From Waltera intestinalis (lineage in GTDB: Bacteria > Bacillota_I > Bacilli_A > Erysipelotrichales > Erysipelotrichaceae): a stretch of DNA of 64,000 nt. The position numbers and the translations under genes were made by a program. The stretch covers positions 12,169 through 76,168 of the forward strand of contig CAVBGZ010000001.1 in the NCBI GenBank assembly GCA_963595075.1. Reading direction: 5' to 3'. The notes beneath the pieces are model-generated. The model saw nothing but the letters and a program-made list of their open reading frames with translations, did not search any database and was not told the origin of the DNA. Below are positions 30,177-39,656 of the stretch, in pieces (the first letter of the stretch is position 1; each line of letters starts with the position of its first letter).

Positions 30177-31396
30177 GTTGTTTTCTTTTCTTTAACTTCT
30201 GGCTCTTCTGTTTTTAATTCCCATTTAGTAGGAGTCTTATACCAGCCATAAGCGGGATCTACAGATGTTGTACATTCTACTGGATTTGGTAAAGAGCATT
30301 TATTATCTTTAAAATGCTTGCAAGTTGTACAATTGTTTAAATATTGTGGAGTGTTGAAAGTCTTAGCTAAACGGTCAATGTATTGGTTCCATGTTTCATA
30401 CTCACTCTCAAAACCGGTGTTGATTAAGCATTGAGCTCTTTCTTCATTATAATAGCGAAGGAAATCTTTTCGTGGTAACTTCTCTAGATAATCTTTGTGA
30501 GTTGCGATTAGTTTAAAGATTCCATATTCATAACGTCGTCTTCTTAATTGAAGTTCTTCATCTTGTGCTAATGTATCATTCCAATAAGGGGCTTGATCTA
30601 GGAAGAACATAAATAAAACTCCTTTGATGAAATATTCGTCACGCTTAGCAGTTTTTCTTTGCTCTAATACTTCCACGGTGTCAGTAATAGAAGTCACTAG
30701 ATCATCGGCAGTTTCAACTAGATAATTATATTTGTACTTAGCCGAACGAGTTAGAGAATCAACATTATAACACCAGAAATAAGAGTAAATGTCGATCGTT
30801 GCTGTAATTGCAGCGTTCATTTGAGTAATTGTGTTGAAATAAGAATCTTCATGAACTTTGATCTTCTCATTGAATCTTAAATTTCGGTCTAATAAGAATT
30901 GACGTCTAAAGGCTTTTCCGTGAAGCCAGGTCATATCTTGATTGTCGTGAGGAATATGATGAACAATGTCTCCTTGTTTTAATTCTTCAATCCATCTTGT
31001 ATATATTATATCGATTGATTTATCTTTATTTTTTACTAAAAGATCATAAATCTCTTTGAATAAGTTGCAAGCAAAGAATCTGTCATCAGCATCTGCAAAC
31101 ATTACATATTCTGCATTAGAATGATCTATTCCTAATTGGCGGGCTTGGCCAGGTCCTCTATTCTCAGTAGTTTGAAGATATTCTATGGTTAGATTCTTAT
31201 AAGACTTTAGAAATTCGTCAGATAATAAAGTATCTGAGTGGTCATTAATGATAATAACTTTGATTCCCTTAAGTGAGATACTTGCTTGCATCTCGATAGA
31301 ATCTAGTAATGGAGAGATAATCTCTTCGGTTTCTTTATATTGAGGGATGATAATATCTAGTGATAATTCCCTATTTTTAATTTGCTCTTCTGTCAT
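30158..31396 (-). CDS. family 2 glycosyltransferase
   Basis: LDIIIPQY, IIINDHSD, NRGPGQARQLGI, YVMFADADD, HEDSYFN; C-terminal CTTCKH..C..C. Confidence 0.9.
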   Translation of the reverse strand: MTEEQIKNRELSLDIIIPQYKETEEIISPLLDSIEMQASISLKGIKVIIINDHSDTLLSDEFLKSYKNLTIEYLQTTENRGPGQARQLGIDHSNAEYVMFADADDRFFACNLFKEIYDLLVKNKDKSIDIIYTRWIEELKQGDIVHHIPHDNQDMTWLHGKAFRRQFLLDRNLRFNEKIKVHEDSYFNTITQMNAAITATIDIYSYFWCYNVDSLTRSAKYKYNYLVETADDLVTSITDTVEVLEQRKTAKRDEYFIKGVLFMFFLDQAPYWNDTLAQDEELQLRRRRYEYGIFKLIATHKDYLEKLPRKDFLRYYNEERAQCLINTGFESEYETWNQYIDRLAKTFNTPQYLNNCTTCKHFKDNKCSLPNPVECTTSVDPAYGWYKTPTKWELKTEEPEVKEKKTTKKKQA

Positions 31397-31428
31397 TTTA
31401 CAGTATTTTCTCCTTTTTTATATTTATT

Positions 31429-31442
31429 TATAATAAATTGTT
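31429..31442 (-). promoter_or_regulatory. phage late promoter motif
   Basis: Reverse complement AAAAAATAATGCTCGG-AACAATTTATTATA. Confidence 0.8.
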
Positions 31443-31504
31443 CCGAGCATTATTTTTTATTAGAAAAATAAAAACAGTGCGTGAATGCAACTGTTCGTTT
31501 GTTA

Positions 31505-31518
31505 TATAATTTATTGTT
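31505..31518 (-). promoter_or_regulatory. phage late promoter motif (second leftward copy)
   Basis: Reverse complement AACAATAAATTATA. Confidence 0.65.
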
Positions 31519-31538
31519 CTTTATGAAAAATATTTTTT

Positions 31539-31552
31539 AACAATCTATTATA
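31539..31552 (+). promoter_or_regulatory. phage late promoter motif
   Basis: AACAATCTATTATA upstream of phoH. Confidence 0.75.
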
Positions 31553-31606
31553 AATCAAAAAAGGCCAAGATTTATAAGTTTAAAAAAGAAAGAAGTCGAT
31601 GTAAAA

Positions 31607-32377
31607 TTGTCATTTTGTGGATTAACTACCAGAGATAACAAAGAACAAGCTGAATTAGCAAGATTGATCATGGATCACTCTAAAGCTATTGTTTATGGTG
31701 TAGGCCCAGCTGGAACAGGAAAAACTATTGTAACTATCGCAACTGTACTCCAGATTCTAAAAGATCAAAGGGCAAGTGGTAAATGTAAAAACAAAGCTTT
31801 AAAAGATAATAGTGCTCATGGTAAAATCTATTATATTAGAGAGCCAATCGAAACAGCTAACTCAGCAAAGATCGGATTCCTTCCAGGGGATCTAGACGAC
31901 AAATTTGGACCATATATTTTAGGTCTAAAAGATAATCTAGAACATTTAGAGGCAATTGGTGGGCAAATAGACGCAGAGTGCGAGCTTAAAAAAATAGAGT
32001 GTATTCCGCCAACATATATAAGAGGACGCTCATTAGGAATGTCAGATACTACGTCAGATATCGACTTTTCGCAAGTAACAGATCCAAGTGAAATCAAAAT
32101 TAATTATAATCACGACACTTTTGTGATTTTAGATGAAGCACAGAATGCGAGTTTAGATGTCATCAAAACATTATTAACACGCGCTGGAGACTATTGTAAG
32201 GTCATCTTATTGGGAAGCGTAAATCAAATCGACCAAAAAGGACAAACCAAAGAACAAAACGCTTTCATTACGTCTTACGAAAAACTAAAGAAATTTGATT
32301 TTGTTGGTAGAGTAGATCTATGGAAAACAGAAAGATCTAAGATCTGTACTCTTATCGATAATGCATTATCAGAATAA
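31607..32377 (+). CDS. phoH: PhoH-family ATPase
   Basis: GPAGTGKT, IGFLPGDLDDK, YIRGRSL, ILDEAQN, LLTRAG, NQID. Confidence 0.92.
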   Translation: MSFCGLTTRDNKEQAELARLIMDHSKAIVYGVGPAGTGKTIVTIATVLQILKDQRASGKCKNKALKDNSAHGKIYYIREPIETANSAKIGFLPGDLDDKFGPYILGLKDNLEHLEAIGGQIDAECELKKIECIPPTYIRGRSLGMSDTTSDIDFSQVTDPSEIKINYNHDTFVILDEAQNASLDVIKTLLTRAGDYCKVILLGSVNQIDQKGQTKEQNAFITSYEKLKKFDFVGRVDLWKTERSKICTLIDNALSE

Positions 32378-32380
32378 ATA

Positions 32381-32407
32381 AAAAGACTAATCATTTGATT
32401 AGTCTTT
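32381..32407. terminator. bidirectional terminator
   Basis: AAAGACTAATC-ATTT-GATTAGTCTTT. Confidence 0.75.
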
Positions 32408-32753
32408 AATTGTTTATTAAATCGTGTAGGAAACCTATTTTAAGAAATAATTCATCTGAGATTTTGCTATGATCCCCGAATTTTGAAATCTCTCTATCAG
32501 TTTGCTTCTGATCATCCAATTCTAGCTGGAAATCTTTATAAAACTGAATGAATTTCTCATAAAATTCGTCGTCATTTGGATAATTCTTTACTAAGTATCT
32601 ATCGGCTACTAATTTATACTCTTCAAAATATTCTGCAATGAATTTTGCTAATTCAATCTGAGCATTGTCAATAACTGAATTCAAGACCGGTTCTAGTAAT
32701 CTTACATTATTAAATACTGAGATATTCTTCTGGACAAACTCTTTAATCGACAT
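32406..32753 (-). CDS. hypothetical protein
   Basis: 115-aa ORF overlapping upstream gene. Confidence 0.65.
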   Translation of the reverse strand: MSIKEFVQKNISVFNNVRLLEPVLNSVIDNAQIELAKFIAEYFEEYKLVADRYLVKNYPNDDEFYEKFIQFYKDFQLELDDQKQTDREISKFGDHSKISDELFLKIGFLHDLINN

Positions 32754-34833
32754 GCTTTTCGGCTTCCTTTACAATATTAGCTGCTTCTTTCTTAGCATCA
32801 TTTAGTTTATCTAAATAACCAAATCTGTCAATCATCTTATAAACTAAATTATTTACAGAATATCGAGGATCATCGTTCTTATCCATATCAATTCTTAGCT
32901 TAAATGGCATATCATTGTAGCCTTCTTGCTCAAATGAGAAAATAACGTGGTGAGCCATTGTAATAGCGTCAATATCATTCTTGATATCGTTGATCTTTCT
33001 GTCAATAGCTTCTGCTTTTTCTTTCTCTGAGATTTCCTGCACTTTAGGATCTAATCCCATATACTCTTGGATTTCTTTCTTGTCTTGATTAAATTTACTA
33101 AGAGTAAGATCACAGCCATTCATAAAGAATTGAGAAAGATCTTTGATATACTGATAAGGAATATTGTGATTTGATTTCTCTGTTTGCTTTAGCCATTTAT
33201 TTCCTTTTATGTCATAAACGTTTTCAGCATAATCGAAATTATAGCTATTCCCATCTTCTAGAACAAATAAGTTGATTGGCTTCTGAGTGCCGGGAAGAAA
33301 AGTTCCTTTAGGAATAATATTGATGATTTGACGCATTTTATTCTTAGGAATATTTGTTTCTACTTCAATATCTATGTCTGATGTAGCTGAGTATTGGAAG
33401 CCAGTCGATGAACCAATCATGTAAATGTTTTTAACTTCAAAAGGGAAATTAACCTGATGTTTGAAATCTGCTAGGATATCTAGAATGAACTTTCTAGCCG
33501 ATGAGATCATTTTGTCATTTTTGAAGATATCTTTGCATCGTTCTTTATTTATTGGATCTAGAACGGATTCATTCATAGACTTAATGTTTCCATAAGTTCT
33601 ATCATCGTCTCTTTCATCTATAGTATAATCTTGGTTTTCTGGGTTTCCTGGTTTTATATTATCTTTATGAATATTTCTATCATCGATATATGTATTTTTT
33701 GCTGCTTGAGCTGCTAGTTGTTTTTGTTTCTTTTCTTTGCTCTTTTTTACACAATATATTTGCTGATTTAAACGATTGGTATATGATGCATCAGATTCAC
33801 CAGGTCTTGGCTGTACCTTATTTTTAATATTATCAACATTCACTTTAACTTCTGTAAGAATGTAATTATAAAACTCGGTCAAATATCGTTTTAGATTATT
33901 GTCATCACCAACAGTATCGTATCTAATACCATATTTATCCATTTTAGTTTTAATTGCTTTAGCTAGCTTGATTTTATCTTCGCCTTCTGCATAGTTAAAA
34001 AATTTTATTGCTGACTTCACATGAGCTTCATCATATAAAGGGAACTTCTTTTTATCTGGAAGGCCAAATTCTGGATCTGAGCCGTCCTGAGGCAATCTTG
34101 ATTCGAATAGTTGATATTCTTCTAATAATTTCATATTTATATCACTCTCTTCTACATTTGATTCATTTAACGAATCAACAAAATTATCTTTTATTTTATC
34201 TAGTCTATGAAGCGACTTTAGACTACCTGGCGCTAATCTAGCAAACACTGATTTAAGCATTTTATCAAAACTACTAGAATTTTTAATCGTTCTTGAAGTA
34301 GTGCGATATACACTTTTAATAAATCCAGTATTTTTAATAATTAATGGTTTATCTTTGAAGTATTCTGGATCCATCAGAGCAATTTGGCATCCTTCAAAAA
34401 TATATTTTGAATTGATCTTATTTTTACTAAGGAAATCTTCTGCAGCTTTGATAAAATTAAATGCATTATTAGATATAATGGCGAATGATTCATTGCTTAA
34501 ATCTTTAGTAGAGGGTATGTAATTGAACTCTGTATCTGGAAGATTTTTAACATAATTCTCTAAAAAATTATAAAAAGTATCGTCTAAATGATAAAAATCT
34601 TTTACAGTCTTCATTAAATTTTGTATGCATTTATCTTTTGGCCTTTTGGCAAACATGCAGAAGATATCTAATTCTAAATATTCTGCATTCGATTCAGTTG
34701 CTATTTTTTTAGCAAGAGTAGTCTTTCCACTTCCGGAAATTCCAGTGATATATAGAATCGTACCATTTGTCCATTTATCTAAATTCAATTCTAAATTATT
34801 TTTTGTAAGTAATGATTCATCTAAATTATCCAA
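32743..34833 (-). CDS. fusion: P-loop kinase + small conserved domain + Pol-beta-type nucleotidyltransferase
   Basis: ITGISGSGKTT..ELD..IFEG; FGLPDKKKFPLYDEAHVKSAIKFF; IGSSTGFQYSATSDIDI (GS..DxD). Confidence 0.8.
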   Translation of the reverse strand: MDNLDESLLTKNNLELNLDKWTNGTILYITGISGSGKTTLAKKIATESNAEYLELDIFCMFAKRPKDKCIQNLMKTVKDFYHLDDTFYNFLENYVKNLPDTEFNYIPSTKDLSNESFAIISNNAFNFIKAAEDFLSKNKINSKYIFEGCQIALMDPEYFKDKPLIIKNTGFIKSVYRTTSRTIKNSSSFDKMLKSVFARLAPGSLKSLHRLDKIKDNFVDSLNESNVEESDINMKLLEEYQLFESRLPQDGSDPEFGLPDKKKFPLYDEAHVKSAIKFFNYAEGEDKIKLAKAIKTKMDKYGIRYDTVGDDNNLKRYLTEFYNYILTEVKVNVDNIKNKVQPRPGESDASYTNRLNQQIYCVKKSKEKKQKQLAAQAAKNTYIDDRNIHKDNIKPGNPENQDYTIDERDDDRTYGNIKSMNESVLDPINKERCKDIFKNDKMISSARKFILDILADFKHQVNFPFEVKNIYMIGSSTGFQYSATSDIDIEVETNIPKNKMRQIINIIPKGTFLPGTQKPINLFVLEDGNSYNFDYAENVYDIKGNKWLKQTEKSNHNIPYQYIKDLSQFFMNGCDLTLSKFNQDKKEIQEYMGLDPKVQEISEKEKAEAIDRKINDIKNDIDAITMAHHVIFSFEQEGYNDMPFKLRIDMDKNDDPRYSVNNLVYKMIDRFGYLDKLNDAKKEAANIVKEAEKHVD

Positions 34834-34849
34834 AATATCACGTCTTTCC

Positions 34850-34863
34850 TATAATTAATTGTT
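34850..34863 (-). promoter_or_regulatory. phage late promoter motif
   Basis: Reverse complement AACAATTAATTATA. Confidence 0.8.
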
Positions 34864-34895
34864 CGGAGTCAATTTAGCTATTTTATATTAAGATA

Positions 34896-34903
34896 TATAT
34901 TAT
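34896..34903 (+). promoter_or_regulatory. putative early promoter core TATATTAT
   Basis: Upstream of the 35028-36785 small-gene cluster. Confidence 0.4.
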
Positions 34904-35027
34904 TTTTATGGGATAGTTTCAATTGTATCTTGATTTTTATATGAATGTAGAGTAATTTATTATAAAGTTATTTACAGAAATTTCCCAAAAAAAACAAGCA
35001 AAAAAATCATAGAAAGGAGATAGTGAT

Positions 35028-35621
35028 ATGATATATTTGGGCGATAATAAAGGAGATTTTGTCATTCTGCCAACAGATCCAAGGGTTAAAAGCGCAGAGC
35101 TTCTGATCTTTTTATATACTGCCAATCAAAAAGAAGATATTTGCGAGTTCAGTTTCGGTTGCAGTCTAGTTCTAACTACGAATTCCGGCATCGAATATTC
35201 TTCTAATATTTCAGGCTATATAAAAACAGACAAAGGGAGTGTAAGTCATAATGAAGGGACAATCTCGGCTCAATGGAGACCAATTCTCCCAGTTCGATCT
35301 GAATTCGTTGTAGAGACGATTTCTGTCGATGAAAAAGATGATATCACACTTTATAAACTATTTGGATTAAACAATGAAGGCAGATTGCATGCACTTGGAA
35401 TTCCATGCATGAAAAACAAAATAATGAGAAAACTGCAAAACGATATACTTGATTATACTATCGTTATTGAGAATGCAGATTTAAAACAATTGAGTGTGAA
35501 GAGTCTAGATTTATTAAATCCAAATCAATATAGAGGAAATTATTGTATTAGGCTTGAAAATATTGAAAAATACTTGAAGGGAGGCGTTAATAATAAGGAA
35601 AATACAGAAAATCCCAAATGA
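35028..35621 (+). CDS. hypothetical protein
   Basis: 197 aa, GAAAGGAG RBS. Confidence 0.7.
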   Translation: MIYLGDNKGDFVILPTDPRVKSAELLIFLYTANQKEDICEFSFGCSLVLTTNSGIEYSSNISGYIKTDKGSVSHNEGTISAQWRPILPVRSEFVVETISVDEKDDITLYKLFGLNNEGRLHALGIPCMKNKIMRKLQNDILDYTIVIENADLKQLSVKSLDLLNPNQYRGNYCIRLENIEKYLKGGVNNKENTENPK

Positions 35622-35650
35622 AATAAAATTTATAGAAAGGAAGATAAATT

Positions 35651-36283
35651 ATGAACAAAACTAAATATAAAGGAAAATTTGCAATGAGAATTTATCGAGG
35701 AAAAAGGGATGATGATTATAAATTAGATCATTATAGAATTGATACTTACTTAAAATGCTCAATGGAGTTATGCGATATCCTTGGTATTGGCCAATTTCTA
35801 ACATTTATTCCGATTCAACAAGATGATAATTGCTTTTGGACGGATGAATTTGATTTTGGCGATTTTAATGTAAAGCATAATAGAAGTTGGTATGACGTTA
35901 GTGTCGAAGAATATATACACAATACAATTATGGCGAGGAATAGCGCATATTTGTGTGTTAAGAACAAATTCGATCAAGAGGAAGATGTTTTAGCAGTGCA
36001 TGATGAGGAATGTCAATATGATACTGGTGGAGGATCTTTTTGGCGTTATATACTAACTCATGACAAAGATAATAATAATGATCTATACAGTGACTTATCG
36101 CTAGAGGAATATTCATCGACTCCTGTAATTAATATGGAGTTTTCAAAACAAATGACAATGAGAAAATTAATAATGAATAGTTTAGGGAGAAAGGCACTGC
36201 ATGAACTATCAGATATTATTATAATTTTTGATGATGTAAATTTTGAAGAATACTTCAAAAATAAAGTAAAGGATGATCTTTGA
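35651..36283 (+). CDS. hypothetical protein
   Basis: 210 aa, GAAAGG RBS. Confidence 0.7.
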   Translation: MNKTKYKGKFAMRIYRGKRDDDYKLDHYRIDTYLKCSMELCDILGIGQFLTFIPIQQDDNCFWTDEFDFGDFNVKHNRSWYDVSVEEYIHNTIMARNSAYLCVKNKFDQEEDVLAVHDEECQYDTGGGSFWRYILTHDKDNNNDLYSDLSLEEYSSTPVINMEFSKQMTMRKLIMNSLGRKALHELSDIIIIFDDVNFEEYFKNKVKDDL

Positions 36284-36785
36284 TATGACAGACGATAATA
36301 TACAATCAAATATCTCGGCATTAATCAGTGTAGAAAATATTACTAATAATCTTTTAATATTTCCTCATAAATCAATTTATTATGTATCATTTGCGTTGTT
36401 TGAAGAAACTGAAAATAAGATGTATTTACTTAATGTCGGTGACACATATGTTGATGCCGGTGACAGAATACGAATGAATTATGATTTAAAGTCTTTATTT
36501 TTAGATGCAGATACTATATCACTAGCAACTATTTCAAGTTGTCTTAAATTAGAAGATGATAGTAAAGTTAAATTGAATAAGGCCGTTATTGACTATATTC
36601 TGGATAGAAATGATGCGTATAGTAGTAAAGATTCTATAAAATTAAATGATTTTGATGTGCATACACTGAACGAAATTCTCTGTAACAATGAAAAATTTGA
36701 ACCGAGAATTAATAAAATTATAATCATGGTTCCTAATTTCATAGAGAAAATATACCCACTAATGAAAGATTTTATTAAAAAATAA
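36273..36785 (+). CDS. hypothetical protein
   Basis: 170 aa, overlaps previous stop. Confidence 0.65.
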   Translation: MIFDMTDDNIQSNISALISVENITNNLLIFPHKSIYYVSFALFEETENKMYLLNVGDTYVDAGDRIRMNYDLKSLFLDADTISLATISSCLKLEDDSKVKLNKAVIDYILDRNDAYSSKDSIKLNDFDVHTLNEILCNNEKFEPRINKIIIMVPNFIEKIYPLMKDFIKK

Positions 36786-36791
36786 TGTTAG

Positions 36792-36805
36792 AACAATATA
36801 TTATA
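36792..36805 (+). promoter_or_regulatory. phage late promoter motif
   Basis: AACAATATATTATA. Confidence 0.8.
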
Positions 36806-36841
36806 TGTAAAAATCTTCTCAAATGAAAGGACTTAGATATT

Positions 36842-39643
36842 GTGAATAATAAAGAATTATTAAATGAAGGATTCTTCAGTAATAAAAAACAAAAACAAAA
36901 ATATCCAACATACACACCAATGGATAAAAATAAAACAACTGACACTGGATTCGGTGCAGTAGATACTAAAAATGTTAAGCAATTAGGAGATAGATTGCAA
37001 AAAGTTATTGGAGCTACATTAGGAAATAGCACAATCAAAAATATGTCAAATAGAGCGATCAAGACATTCCCAATTATTGTTTCAGATAATGTCGATCCTA
37101 CAACTGCCGTAATGCTTAAAAATTACTTAGAGCAACAATATGCAGAATATTTAAATCTTATCATTTCGAATCAGATTATAGATATTACAGATTATGACAG
37201 AGATAATTCTGATGGAAATATTGCAATTCAAGCTTTAAATAATATTACTGGTAGCGATTTTTCTAAACAAAGAATTGCTAATAGGGCAGCTAGTGGAAAA
37301 TTAACTACTGATGACGTTTTCTCTAATGATCCTTTATATAAAATGCTAAAACAAGAATCGTTCAAGAGCGGAGATCCAAATGTTGATACAATATTAGAAA
37401 ATGCAATTATTGTTAATTCTGTAAATGAAGACAAAGTTATAAGCACTTTGATTGAAAATGCAAATACTTTATTAGAATTTCCTGTGATACATGATCCTAT
37501 TCCACCAAAAAATCCAACAAGAAGAGAACTACATGATCCTATTCCACCAGAAAATCCAACAAGAAGAGAACCACATGAACATGAAAAAAATAAGGGTGGC
37601 ATATTTGGTTATACTTATAAAAATAATGGGGTATATAATACCGACGATATCGCCACATTCAAAAATACTTCTGACGAATTAACAAATATGATGAATCAGT
37701 CATTCTTGGGTAGAAACGATCGTAGAAATAGTTACCCAGGATCATACTCTCAACGTGCAGCTTTGGTTATGAAGCAAGCAGACCCTAAAACTCGTGAAGA
37801 TTTAGCTCGAAGAGGATATAATTATACCGATAAAGACGGCTTTGAGCACTATGATAAGCTTACAAATACAGAAATTCTAATTGATCCAGATTTACTTCAA
37901 AATGCGATCAATAAATCTGTAGGCGAATTCTTACATGATCATCAAGATATTGCAGACCGTTTTAAAACTGCTACATGGTTATTAAATTCAAGAATAATTG
38001 CAGGTACTGAATATGCGTCTTATGTATCTCAAAGACTTGGTATTCCTATTAGAAAAGAAGTTTATGCTGATATTATTAAAAAATACCCAGCCAAAAATCT
38101 AATTGATTATGATCACGGACAAAGTCATATCAAGAGTAGTACTGCAAACAGTATTACAGGTGGATATGTCGTATATAATGCGACAGATTATGCTCTTAGT
38201 CAGCAAACCGCTAAAATCGTTAGAAATATCACAAAAGTTTCAATTAAAGATTGCTTAACTTGGGGTGGTGTTGGTGCTGCCGCTGGTGGTGCGGTTGGTA
38301 TTGGATCTGCTATTTCATTAATCGCATTAGGTGTAGTTACTCCTTGGTTGGCCGCTCCAGTAGCTGCAAGTGTGGCTGGTGGCGCAGGTATTGGAGTATT
38401 ATTAGCTAAACATAAAAAGAAAAAAGCGTTAGTAGATATGAACAACCCAAAAGGTATTGCGGTTGGGCATTATAAACCATGGGAACGTGTAGAATCTTTA
38501 GTTGAAGATATGATTGAGCGTCAAAATTACTTTGTTGCACATATGAAAAATGAAAAATCTGCTAAAAATGATATTTTAAATCCAAAGAATTTAAGTTTAA
38601 ACAAAGAAATTGAATTTAAGAAAGGCGGTAGAGGCGATGCTGCCGCGGACTTTAAAATATATGAAGATTCGGTAAATAACGCATTCAAAGATTTTAATGC
38701 TAAATTAAACAAAATCTTTGCAGAATCTATTACGATGTATAATATTTTCGACGAGTTTGTTCCTCTAGAAGAAAGCTTTAAAGATACTAATCAAGATATT
38801 CTAGAAGCTTATAGTGAGTGCTATGGAATTGACTCTGATTTACTAGAAGCTAAGATGAATCGTATTTCTTTAACTACTCCAGCTGATATCAAAGCTGCTC
38901 GCAAGCAAATGCCTTTAACAGTACTTCAATATAATCCAGATGATACGTTTATGGTTCCTTCTTATGGAACTAAATCAGTTCAAGCTTATGGTTCAGTAGA
39001 ATATGATAAGCGTGAATTAAAAGATAGAAAATTCAACACTCCACTTCTAATGACAGTTAGATTTAAAGAGAGATACTCAGATGGCAAATATTCAGATAAT
39101 GAACTTACTGCAGTAATTGGTATTCTTGGAGTTGTTACAAGAGTTCCTTCAGAAGAAATGGAATATATCCTAAAATCAAATGCTCAAGGTGCTACAATAA
39201 AGGGAATCTTCTCAGCAGATGGAACTTCATCTCTAGGTGATTTATTAGCATCATTCAAAGGAAGCAATATTGATGTGAGCAAATTACCTCAATCAGCCGA
39301 CGTTTGGAAGAATTTAGAAAAGGTTTCTCATTTAGCTGTTGCAAATGCATTATCAGGTAGAGCTAATAACAACGTTGCTAATGCTCACATAATTTTCTCT
39401 CAAAAAGAAGCAGATGCTGTAAGACAAGAATTAGGTATTGATTACTTAAGAGATAAAAAATTATCAGCAGCTCTAATGAAGAGATATTCAGCTATGAACT
39501 TGATGATTGCAAACGATTCTCTAGATAGAGTATTTGTGTTCAACGATATCGATTCTTCATCTTGGGATGTTATCCCTTATGATGCTATTCGTGGTAGAGA
39601 TTCAAGTGATTTAGCCGCAACGCTTCAACGTAATTTAAGATAA
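36842..39643 (+). CDS. probable virion head protein with hydrophobic Gly/Ala hairpin
   Basis: 933 aa, late promoter, multiple LxE motifs, TM-like WGGVGAAAGGAVGIGSAISLIALGVVTPWLAAPVAASVAGGAGIGVLL. Confidence 0.65.
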   Translation: MNNKELLNEGFFSNKKQKQKYPTYTPMDKNKTTDTGFGAVDTKNVKQLGDRLQKVIGATLGNSTIKNMSNRAIKTFPIIVSDNVDPTTAVMLKNYLEQQYAEYLNLIISNQIIDITDYDRDNSDGNIAIQALNNITGSDFSKQRIANRAASGKLTTDDVFSNDPLYKMLKQESFKSGDPNVDTILENAIIVNSVNEDKVISTLIENANTLLEFPVIHDPIPPKNPTRRELHDPIPPENPTRREPHEHEKNKGGIFGYTYKNNGVYNTDDIATFKNTSDELTNMMNQSFLGRNDRRNSYPGSYSQRAALVMKQADPKTREDLARRGYNYTDKDGFEHYDKLTNTEILIDPDLLQNAINKSVGEFLHDHQDIADRFKTATWLLNSRIIAGTEYASYVSQRLGIPIRKEVYADIIKKYPAKNLIDYDHGQSHIKSSTANSITGGYVVYNATDYALSQQTAKIVRNITKVSIKDCLTWGGVGAAAGGAVGIGSAISLIALGVVTPWLAAPVAASVAGGAGIGVLLAKHKKKKALVDMNNPKGIAVGHYKPWERVESLVEDMIERQNYFVAHMKNEKSAKNDILNPKNLSLNKEIEFKKGGRGDAAADFKIYEDSVNNAFKDFNAKLNKIFAESITMYNIFDEFVPLEESFKDTNQDILEAYSECYGIDSDLLEAKMNRISLTTPADIKAARKQMPLTVLQYNPDDTFMVPSYGTKSVQAYGSVEYDKRELKDRKFNTPLLMTVRFKERYSDGKYSDNELTAVIGILGVVTRVPSEEMEYILKSNAQGATIKGIFSADGTSSLGDLLASFKGSNIDVSKLPQSADVWKNLEKVSHLAVANALSGRANNNVANAHIIFSQKEADAVRQELGIDYLRDKKLSAALMKRYSAMNLMIANDSLDRVFVFNDIDSSSWDVIPYDAIRGRDSSDLAATLQRNLR
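37490..37578 (+). repeat. in-frame 42-bp tandem duplication (HDPIPPKNPTRREL / HDPIPPENPTRREP)
   Basis: CATGATCCTATTCCACCA[A/G]AAAATCCAACAAGAAGAGAAC[T/C]A x2 plus partial CATGA. Confidence 0.9.
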
Positions 39644-39656
39644 TGGATGTGGTGTT

